Shown one piece after another: positions 57,342-64,000 of a DNA stretch of 64,000 bases. A program made the translations under genes and the position numbers. The stretch comes from Candidatus Parcubacteria bacterium (GTDB lineage: Bacteria; Patescibacteriota; Minisyncoccia; Phycocordibacterales; Zambryskibacteraceae), in assembly GCA_019661865.1 (NCBI GenBank), contig JAIFWJ010000001.1, positions 110,809-174,808 of the forward strand, in the 5' to 3' direction. Below the pieces are notes generated by a model. It made no database searches and was not told where the DNA came from. It was given only the letters and a program-made list of their open reading frames with translations. Numbering within the stretch: the stretch's first letter is position 1; each line of letters begins with the position of its first letter.

Positions 57342-58121
57342 ATGTCCACGTCTCAATGGGTACTCCTGTGCCTGGCATCAGTATTTTTAGGAATTTTTAT
57401 TACCTACAGACTGATGCGAAAGAGATACTGGTTCAAGAAGTCGGTCGAAGAAGTTCTGGAAAGTAGAGATCTCGAATGGTTGGTAGACCACACTGAAAGA
57501 GTACTTCAGCCATGGAGTGTGAGAGACCCGTTCCTACTGCGTATCGCTCGCGCTCACATTTTCTCAATCTGTAAGACAAGCGCTGAGTGCAAGTTCGTTT
57601 TAAAAAATCTGTCTCTACCAGATAGCGGCCGCGACTCGGATATCGTCAAGGACCTCAAACGTAAGTGGCAAGATTTTTCATCTCGAGATTTCGCCAGACC
57701 TCAGAACTTCTCAGGCTTAGTAAGAGCCTGCGAGAACTGTGGGGAAGATCATCCTGAGCGAAGTCCAAACCTCATGAGGCTTGTGCTCTTAGCCGATAAC
57801 TCAGACGAGTGTATGATCGCTGCCCGTCTGGCTCTAAGGGAAAGTGAGGTGAGAATCGAAGCACTTCTCAAGGCTTTGGCGCTCGAGGCTACCTCTCACG
57901 AAAGGAGAGAGATGCTCGACAAGTATATGCGGAGAGTGCCATACGACTCTAAGCTCTGGCGACGCTTCATGAGAACAGAATTCAATGAAGACCGGTTAAT
58001 AGAGGCCATGAAGATGGTCCCCGGAGACTCGTTGGCACGTCGTCTGGCCAAGTCGAGACTAAAGCATCTCAGCCATGTACCACGACAGCGATCACCTAAA
58101 CCAGAGATTGCTATCGTTTAG
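57342..58121 (+). CDS. hypothetical membrane-anchored protein
   Basis: GGAGAAG SD. N-terminal TM (WVLLCLASVFLGIFITY). Followed by terminator GCCTGGG-CACAGA-CCCAGGC + TTTTTATTT at 58122..58150. Confidence 0.45.
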   Translation: MSTSQWVLLCLASVFLGIFITYRLMRKRYWFKKSVEEVLESRDLEWLVDHTERVLQPWSVRDPFLLRIARAHIFSICKTSAECKFVLKNLSLPDSGRDSDIVKDLKRKWQDFSSRDFARPQNFSGLVRACENCGEDHPERSPNLMRLVLLADNSDECMIAARLALRESEVRIEALLKALALEATSHERREMLDKYMRRVPYDSKLWRRFMRTEFNEDRLIEAMKMVPGDSLARRLAKSRLKHLSHVPRQRSPKPEIAIV

Positions 58122-58151
58122 CCTGGGCACAGACCCAGGCTTTTTATTTAA

Positions 58152-59165
58152 TTATCTTTTAGAAATTATCGACTTTTTGTACATGTCGAGGTGTTCCAGT
58201 GCTATACCCGTACCCTTGGCCACACAGAAGTATGCATCCTTAGCAAGCTCAGCCTTCACTCCAGTTCTACGGAAGACAAGTTCAGGAAGATTACGAAGTT
58301 GTGATGATCCTCCAGTCATGATAATCCCTCTGTCGATAATATCTGACGAAAGCTCTGGTGGAGTTTCTTGCAAAACATCTTTTATAGCTTTCACCATTTC
58401 GCGCAGTTCTCGAGCGATAGCCTTCACCACTTCATTTGTCTTTATATCTATAGTACGTGGAAGACCGACTACCGAATCTCTTCCTTTCACAGATAAAGAA
58501 AGTTCTTCCTCCAGGGGTATTGCAGAACCAATTTCAATCTTTATGTCCTCGGCAGTCTTATCTCCAATGGTAAGGTTGTAAGTCTTCTTCATGTAGTCAA
58601 CTATGGCCGCATCAATTTTATTACCCGCTACTTTCACCGAGGTTGAGGCCACAATACCGCCTAGAGAGATCACCGCCACATCTATAGTTCCACCACCAAT
58701 GTCTACTATCATATTGCCTGCCGCTTCATGTATGGGCACCCCAGCTCCAATAGCCGCAAGTATGGGCTCCTTCACCACATAAGCATTCTTCGCACCAGCC
58801 TTGGTAGCAGCTTCCATCACTGCTCTACGCTCTGTAGAGGTCACTCCTGCTGGTACCGAGATGAGCACATCTGGTTTAAAAAGATTCCAACGACCCAGTG
58901 ACTTATTTATATAATGCTTGAGCATGGCCTCAGTCACTCGGTAGTCTGCGATGACTCCATCTTTCATGGGCCTGTAAGCTACGATGTCATCTGGAGTTCG
59001 TCCAACCATGGTCTTAGCCTCTGCTCCTATGGCTAGGATTTTATTATTTTCTGCAATGGCAACAACTGAGGGTTCATTCAGAATAATTCCTTTCCCTGGC
59101 ACGAAGACAAGAATATTTGTAGTACCAAGATCTATACCGAGCTTCTTAGCGAGTGGCATGGGCAA
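58152..59165 (-). CDS. mreB: rod shape-determining protein MreB
   Basis: LGIDLGTTNILV. Actin-fold motifs (…VDIGGGTIDVAVISLGG…). Confidence 0.93.
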   Translation of the reverse strand: MPMPLAKKLGIDLGTTNILVFVPGKGIILNEPSVVAIAENNKILAIGAEAKTMVGRTPDDIVAYRPMKDGVIADYRVTEAMLKHYINKSLGRWNLFKPDVLISVPAGVTSTERRAVMEAATKAGAKNAYVVKEPILAAIGAGVPIHEAAGNMIVDIGGGTIDVAVISLGGIVASTSVKVAGNKIDAAIVDYMKKTYNLTIGDKTAEDIKIEIGSAIPLEEELSLSVKGRDSVVGLPRTIDIKTNEVVKAIARELREMVKAIKDVLQETPPELSSDIIDRGIIMTGGSSQLRNLPELVFRRTGVKAELAKDAYFCVAKGTGIALEHLDMYKKSIISKR

Positions 59166-59177
59166 TATGATACTCCT

Positions 59178-61094
59178 GTGTCATATAATGTGGCAATGCG
59201 AGTTGTAGAAGTAGTGCCATTTGCCCGGGGTATAACACGGGATAAACTTTCTTACTTTACTAAGGAAGATTTACCGTTAGGCACTCTAGTGCGCATACCT
59301 ATCAGGAAAAGCTCGTATTTAGGCCTTATCATAGGATCTAGAGAGGTCGAGGAAGCTAAACTTGAGCTTAGGTCAGCTGACTTTACCCTAAGAAAGCTTG
59401 AAGAAATAGAACGAGTAGGCAGTGTTCCTGAAAGTCTAGTAAAAGCTTCTCTCAGGACTGGTGTCTATTTCGCCGCCACCACGGGGTCGGTTTTGGGCGC
59501 AATTCTACCGAAGATCTTTCTCGATATTCCCTCTCTTATGGGAGAAGGCCCAGAGATTCAAAAAGTGGGCAAGAAGGAAGCTCTACTCATCCAACTTCCG
59601 ACCAATGAACGGATGCAAGAGTATAACTCCATAGTGAGATCAAGCTTCGCCCGCAAGGAATCAGTACTCTTGATAGTTCCCACTCGCGAGGATGCGCTCA
59701 GACTTGAATTCCTACTTTCTAAAGGTATAGAGAAATTTACCTTCACCCTCTCAGGTAAGAGCGTCAATATTCAAAAAGAAATTCTGGCTAAAGCTCGTGA
59801 TGAAAAGCATCCAATCTTATTTATAACTACACCTGGATTTCTTTCTTTCACCAGGCGAGATTTATGCACCATCATAATCGAAAGAGAAAATTCTAGATCT
59901 TATAAGACTCTCAAGCGTCCATATCTAAATTATAAAATTTTCATCCAGTATCTCGCAGAAGAAACTGGAGCCACGCTTATACTCGGGGACACGGTACTCT
60001 CTCTCGAGTCGCTTAAAAAGGCCAAGGAAGATGTCTATAGTGAGTACACACCTTTGAGTTGGAATGTTAAAAGTAACTCTCAGATTAGGGTAATGAACAT
60101 GCGTGAGTCTCGTACCGAACGTGAGAGTCCGAGGGACTTCGAAATATTTTCTAAAAAAGCTACTAACCTTATCTCTAAAGCCCTAGAGGAAAAAAAGAAA
60201 ATTTTCCTCTTCGGTGCACGTAAAGGACTTGCTCACACCACTGTCTGTGGTCACTGTGGTGCACTCCTACTTTGTAAAAATTGTGGAGCTCCTGTGGTCC
60301 TACATAAGTTGAAGGACTCTAAAGAGCCCACTCAAGATCGGATTTATATCTGTCATCATTGCGGTGCAAGGCGCGATGCACTAACTACATGTGACAAATG
60401 TGGTAGTTGGAAGTTAATACCACTTGGTATCGGTACCGACAGGATTATAGAAGAACTTAAGTTGCAGTTTCCTAAAGCACCTATATTTATTTTGGATAAA
60501 GAACATACACCCACAGGAGCTAAGGCGAGTAAGGTTGCCAAGGAGTTCGCTTCTACTCGCGGTGGTATCCTGGTTGGCACAGAACTTGCTCTTCTCTATC
60601 TTGAGAAAGTTCCTTACTCCATAGTTGTCTCTCTGGACTCTCTCTTCTCCATACCGGACTTTACTATTAACGAACGCATCTTTTATTTATTGACTCATCT
60701 TAAGGAAGTTACAGAAGTCGATATGCTCATTCAGACACGTAACCGGGGAGAAGTTATACTCGACTACGCTACAGAGGGCACTATTTTAGAATTTTATAGG
60801 TTCGAGATGAAGGAGCGTGAGGAACTGTATTACCCACCTCTCTCACTCTTTATAAAAGTCTCTATTGAAGATGAAAGATCTTCTCTTAAAACTCATGCCT
60901 CTCTTCTGGAAAATCTTTTCAGACCATGGAACCCTGAGTTTATAGAAGAACGAGGCTTGGGAAGCCATAGAAGTATCCTGTCCATGATCATGCGCGTCGG
61001 TAGAAGTAACTGGCCTGTTAAGGAACTCTCCGAGAAACTTCTTTTGCTTCCGCCATCATTTTCCATTAAAGTGGATCCTGAGAGTATTCTATAA
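59178..61094 (+). CDS. priA: primosomal protein N' (PriA) homolog with degenerate Walker A/B motifs
   Basis: N-terminal 3'-DNA-binding domain (MRVVEVVPFARGITRDKLSYFTKEDLPLGTLVRIPI). Cys-rich Zn-binding region (CGHCGALLLCKNCGAP…CHHCGARR…CDKCGS). Helicase C-terminal region. The Walker A position reads LLIQLPTNERMQEY and Walker B reads IIIERENSRSYK. Confidence 0.8.
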   Translation: MSYNVAMRVVEVVPFARGITRDKLSYFTKEDLPLGTLVRIPIRKSSYLGLIIGSREVEEAKLELRSADFTLRKLEEIERVGSVPESLVKASLRTGVYFAATTGSVLGAILPKIFLDIPSLMGEGPEIQKVGKKEALLIQLPTNERMQEYNSIVRSSFARKESVLLIVPTREDALRLEFLLSKGIEKFTFTLSGKSVNIQKEILAKARDEKHPILFITTPGFLSFTRRDLCTIIIERENSRSYKTLKRPYLNYKIFIQYLAEETGATLILGDTVLSLESLKKAKEDVYSEYTPLSWNVKSNSQIRVMNMRESRTERESPRDFEIFSKKATNLISKALEEKKKIFLFGARKGLAHTTVCGHCGALLLCKNCGAPVVLHKLKDSKEPTQDRIYICHHCGARRDALTTCDKCGSWKLIPLGIGTDRIIEELKLQFPKAPIFILDKEHTPTGAKASKVAKEFASTRGGILVGTELALLYLEKVPYSIVVSLDSLFSIPDFTINERIFYLLTHLKEVTEVDMLIQTRNRGEVILDYATEGTILEFYRFEMKEREELYYPPLSLFIKVSIEDERSSLKTHASLLENLFRPWNPEFIEERGLGSHRSILSMIMRVGRSNWPVKELSEKLLLLPPSFSIKVDPESIL

Positions 61095-61095
61095 A

Positions 61096-61650
61096 ATGCC
61101 CAACCCAGAAATAGTCCAGAAAGACGCGGCAGTCTTACGTGAGATGGCACACCCTGTCGAGGTTAAAGAAATAACTTCTAAGAAAATTCAGAGTGTCCTC
61201 TCACGGATGAAGAAGGCCCTGAAGTCCCAAGATGATGGGGTAGCTATTGCTGCACCACAGATAAGCGAGAGTTTACGCATTTTTATAGTTAGCGGTAGAA
61301 CTCTTCTTCTTATGCGGAAGGACGAGTCCACTCCGAAAGAATTGGAAAATGCTCCGGAAGATTTAGTATTTATAAATCCCACCATAACTAAACTCTCCAA
61401 GAAGAAACTTATGATGGAGGAAGGATGCCTCTCTATCCGTTGGCTGTACGGACATGTTGAGAGAAGTGAGAAGGCCACCATTACAGCCTATGATGAGAAT
61501 GGTAAGAAGTTCCAGAAAGGAGCTTCGGGCCTTATGGCTCAGATCTTCCAACATGAGGTAGATCACTTAAATGGTATTCTATTTATAGATAAGGCAGAAG
61601 GCTTACACGAACTTCCTCCAGAAGAAACCCATAATAAGATTAGTGAATAA
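61096..61650 (+). CDS. def: peptide deformylase
   Basis: EGCLS and QHEVDHLNG motifs. Confidence 0.9.
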   Translation: MPNPEIVQKDAAVLREMAHPVEVKEITSKKIQSVLSRMKKALKSQDDGVAIAAPQISESLRIFIVSGRTLLLMRKDESTPKELENAPEDLVFINPTITKLSKKKLMMEEGCLSIRWLYGHVERSEKATITAYDENGKKFQKGASGLMAQIFQHEVDHLNGILFIDKAEGLHELPPEETHNKISE

Positions 61651-61652
61651 CA

Positions 61653-62390
61653 GTGTCGATCAAATTTGTATATTTCGGTTCCTCACAATTCTCTAAATAT
61701 GTTTTAGAGGAGTTAGAGAAGGAAGGACTTACCCCTGTTCTTAATATTACTTCAGCTCAGGAACCATTAGATATAAAGAAGCTGCAAGAAGCAAAAGCAG
61801 ATGTATTTATCGTGGCATCATTCGGGAAAATTTTACCCAAAGAAGTAATTTATATGCCGCCTTATAAGACTCTCAATGTCCATCCGTCACGACTGCCCAG
61901 ACTTCGAGGTCCTTCCCCCATACAATCTTCCATAATTAGTGAACCAGAACCGCATTTAACCATTATGAGAATGGACGAAGAGATGGATACAGGTCCTGTG
62001 GTAGTCACAACCACTCAATTCATTACCCCCTGGCCAGATTATTATTCGATAATTGAAGAGAAGCTTGGACATAGTGGAGGACAAGTCCTAGCTCAGATTC
62101 TTCCCCTATGGATAGATGGAAAGATAGATGAAGTTCCCCAAGATAATTCAAAAGCCACTTATACAAAGAAAATAAAAAAAGAGGATGCGGATATTACAAA
62201 CGACTCGCCAGAGCTAGCATTACGAAAGATCATGGCCTATGAGACTTGGCCCAGAGCACGTAAGGGAGATTTGATAATAACCAAAGCACATTTAGAGAGT
62301 GGAGAACTCGTTTTAGACAAAGTCATCCCTCCCGGTAAGAAAGAGATGAGTTACAAGGACTACGAAAACGGTTTGAAAGGAAAAAGATAA
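61653..62390 (+). CDS. fmt: methionyl-tRNA formyltransferase, short form
   Basis: N-terminal formyltransferase domain with HPSRLPRLRGPSPIQ. 245 aa. Immediately downstream of def. Confidence 0.85.
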   Translation: MSIKFVYFGSSQFSKYVLEELEKEGLTPVLNITSAQEPLDIKKLQEAKADVFIVASFGKILPKEVIYMPPYKTLNVHPSRLPRLRGPSPIQSSIISEPEPHLTIMRMDEEMDTGPVVVTTTQFITPWPDYYSIIEEKLGHSGGQVLAQILPLWIDGKIDEVPQDNSKATYTKKIKKEDADITNDSPELALRKIMAYETWPRARKGDLIITKAHLESGELVLDKVIPPGKKEMSYKDYENGLKGKR

Positions 62391-62408
62391 ACAAATAGAA
62401 ATAAAGAG

Positions 62409-62440
62409 AAAGCGCCCAACCGAAGTTGAGCGCTTATTTA
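62409..62440 (+). terminator. hairpin terminator after fmt (AGCGC…GCGCT, inner CAAC-CGAA-GTTG)
   Basis: Compound hairpin followed by the T-rich TATTTATGG. Confidence 0.45.
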
Positions 62441-62745
62441 TGGATACAGTGACCGAAGTCACGGAAAGAACTTCTTCAGCCGGACAGAGCCCGCTTGGGA
62501 TGTCCGGCCGCGCCTTTTAAGTCGCTTCCAAGACCGGCGAACCAAGGAAGTCTATCCTCCTTTATATTGCTGTCACCGAATGCTAGGCGGAGGCCTCTTT
62601 ATACCATTGCAATCGGGCCGATTTAACAGATACGGGCCCGTACCTGTTAGAGCGGAAAACGGCATTTCAAACAAACCACTCTATGTATATTATACACCCC
62701 CATCTGCTTTTGTCAAGCAGAGATTGATATTAAAGCTTAGGCTGG
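62441..62745. other. GC-rich, highly structured convergent intergenic region: candidate unassigned ncRNA
   Basis: Multiple strong hairpins, including GTGAC-CGAA-GTCAC, GCCGGACA…TGTCCGGC with inner CCC-GCTT-GGG, a 24-nt palindrome AACAGATACGGGCCCGTACCTGTT, and TCTGCTT…AGCAGA. No credible ORF. Lies between the 3' ends of fmt (+) and a small minus-strand gene. Confidence 0.35.
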
Positions 62746-62749
62746 AGAA

Positions 62750-62932
62750 TTATGGCTTAGTATAGCGCTGAACTTGAGAAACTGTGGGAGCGAAGTCCAC
62801 AAATGCATCCAGCTTGCTCTCGATGCGCACAAGCATAAAGAGGATAAGTCCGCTTACCAATCCACCCATAAGCACCGCACCTGATACAAAGGGATTAGCT
62901 GTCTGTCTCCAATAATTTTGCCAATAATTCAT
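62750..62932 (-). CDS. hypothetical small membrane protein
   Basis: 60 aa with one TM. Downstream of hpf. Confidence 0.4.
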   Translation of the reverse strand: MNYWQNYWRQTANPFVSGAVLMGGLVSGLILFMLVRIESKLDAFVDFAPTVSQVQRYTKP

Positions 62933-62944
62933 GTCTTATGTTAT

Positions 62945-63358
62945 TTATATTGTATCAATGTCTTCACCGCGGCGAAATCTCTTGGGCAATCTCACCCACG
63001 GGAAACCCCGCACAATATCCTTCACCATCCTTCCGCCCTTACGCATCATGTGGAGACGTTTGGACTTGTCTCTGGTGATCTCTTGTACTACTTCATCGCG
63101 CACCATGTCTATGGCAGCATACAAGTCCTCTGCTTCACATACAGCATAGACATCTTTACCAAGACCGACTATCTTCACTTCCGCTCTAAAGAAAGGTCCT
63201 TCCTTATGATGCTTAGTGTTCTTCCCCACCTCCATCTGCACAACTGGAGATTTACCCTTTTCAATGTACTTTTCTATGGAAGAAATTTTCTTTTCTGCAT
63301 ATGAAGAAATAGCGGGTGTCATCTCGATACCCGTGGCTTTAATATTTATATTCATCAT
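62945..63358 (-). CDS. hpf: ribosome hibernation promoting factor / ribosome-associated inhibitor (HPF/RaiA family)
   Basis: MNINIKATGIEMTPAISSYAEKKI… S30AE-family N-domain with a basic C-terminal tail. Confidence 0.85.
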   Translation of the reverse strand: MMNINIKATGIEMTPAISSYAEKKISSIEKYIEKGKSPVVQMEVGKNTKHHKEGPFFRAEVKIVGLGKDVYAVCEAEDLYAAIDMVRDEVVQEITRDKSKRLHMMRKGGRMVKDIVRGFPWVRLPKRFRRGEDIDTI

Positions 63359-63376
63359 GGAATTTATTATATCAAC

Positions 63377-63547
63377 TTAGCTTTCAGCATGCTCCCTCTT
63401 CTGATCTGCCTCCTTCTGCGAAGCATCTGCGGCATCACGCTCGGCATCCGCCTTCCTTTGAGCAGCGTCGGCTTGCGCTTTCTCGGCTTCAGACTCATCA
63501 TCCTCAGCCTCCTTGGCTCTGTTCTCTGCATCTTCTTTTTCTCCCAT
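63377..63547 (-). CDS. hypothetical acidic low-complexity protein
   Basis: MGEKEDAENRAKEAEDDESEAEKAQADAAQRKADAERDAADASQKEADQKREHAES. The Arg-rich track ORF 63367..63609 is the same DNA in another frame. No SD. Confidence 0.25.
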   Translation of the reverse strand: MGEKEDAENRAKEAEDDESEAEKAQADAAQRKADAERDAADASQKEADQKREHAES

Positions 63548-63609
63548 AATAGTAAATTAGCTACTAACACAATGTTAGACGTAGATAGAAGAACAATGAT
63601 TACAAGCAA

Positions 63610-63774
63610 CTAAGCGGAAAGTTTAAATCCGAGCCATATACCAAGGATGGAGAAAACAGCTTGTGAGACTACACCAGAAAATGAGAAATAGTCCGCACCC
63701 CAGAGGTTCGGGACCAATCCGCCAATGAAAGATCCGATGAAGAGCCCTCCCCAGATGGCAGACTTACGACTCAT
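63610..63774 (-). CDS. hypothetical small membrane protein
   Basis: Not in the track (~54 aa). Reverse complement reads MSRKSAIWGGLFIGSFIGGLVPNLWGADYFSFSGVVSQAVFSILGIWLGFKLSA. Confidence 0.35.
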   Translation of the reverse strand: MSRKSAIWGGLFIGSFIGGLVPNLWGADYFSFSGVVSQAVFSILGIWLGFKLSA

Positions 63775-63786
63775 TAAATTAGAAAA

Positions 63787-63975
63787 TTATTTCTTCTTGA
63801 GAAGAGCTGTATAGGCGAGATACCCTGCGACGATAACTGCTGCCCAACTGAGCCAAGTAGGTACCATATATGTACCGAACTTCACAGTAAGACCATTGAT
63901 CAGTCTCCAGAGATGAAGAACTGCAACTAATAAGAAAATAAAACCAGAAACCTTGTAGTAATTGTGTGTGTTCAT
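63787..63975 (-). CDS. hypothetical small membrane protein
   Basis: 62 aa with two TM-like segments. Confidence 0.35.
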   Translation of the reverse strand: MNTHNYYKVSGFIFLLVAVLHLWRLINGLTVKFGTYMVPTWLSWAAVIVAGYLAYTALLKKK

Positions 63976-64000
63976 TTAAATTTTAAAAGCTAGTACATAT

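Noticed and set aside
62441-62745. Assigning the structured intergenic region to RNase P RNA, tmRNA or SRP RNA
   Set aside because: P4/CR-I (GGAAAGTCCGGGC), the tmRNA tRNA-like end (GGTTCGAATCC…CCA) and the GNRA-capped SRP helix 8 are all absent on either strand. Only loose partial resemblances. Left unassigned.
63367-63613. Arg-rich minus ORF (63367..63609) and hydrophobic plus ORF (63389..63613)
   Set aside because: Both are alternative frames of a GAA/GAG/GCx-rich repeat. The acidic frame (63377..63547) is the most protein-like, and even that is low confidence.
1-64000. CRISPR arrays, transposases, integrases, prophage structural genes
   Set aside because: No regularly spaced direct repeats and no recombinase- or transposase-like ORFs were seen anywhere in the window.

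Overview
This 64 kb window is a gene-dense, mostly minus-strand stretch of a small-genome bacterium, judged from the genes called below. Its reduced proteins and aaRS types look like Candidate Phyla Radiation / Patescibacteria. These include an archaeal-type AspRS, a 540-aa AlaRS without the C-Ala domain, a 245-aa Fmt, a 419-aa UvrC without its HhH tail, a 273-aa YchF and a SET-domain protein.

Housekeeping blocks:
- Cell-wall and division cluster (dcw-type): murG (partial), ftsW, mraY, a D,D-carboxypeptidase, then scpB and scpA.
- Chaperone operon: grpE-dnaK-dnaJ.
- Ribosomal alpha-operon segment: infA-rpmJ-rpsM-rpsK-rpsD-rpoA-rplQ-rplM-rpsI.
- aaRS genes: aspS, trpS, alaS, leuS.
- Repair: uvrA, uvrB, uvrC, a family-4 UDG, a DEDD exonuclease.
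- Other: ddl, tgt, mnmA, mltG, mreB, priA-def-fmt, hpf, three tRNAs (Ala-UGC, Ala-GGC, Val-CAC).

Most unusual features:
1. A distinctly AT-rich island at about 11.4-17.3 kb. Its operon encodes a PaaK/F390-synthetase-like adenylating enzyme, an E1/ThiF-like enzyme, a tandem nitroreductase-fold (SagB/McbC-like) protein and a multi-TM sensor histidine kinase. A GC-rich plus-strand gene with a near-consensus promoter sits in the middle. This is a candidate horizontally acquired modification or biosynthetic cassette of unassigned function.
2. A complete Nudix hydrolase signature inserted inside leucyl-tRNA synthetase.
3. A high-GC lipoprotein gene with its own consensus promoter, SD and terminator, between two D,D-carboxypeptidase paralogs.
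4. A SET-domain protein translationally coupled to alaS.
5. A PriA whose Walker A and B motifs are degenerate.
6. An ATP-cone domain fused to a PD-(D/E)xK nuclease.
7. A frameshifted MgtC-family gene.
8. A roughly 300-nt GC-rich, highly structured convergent intergenic region after fmt that may be an unassigned ncRNA.

I found no CRISPR array, transposase or integrase.
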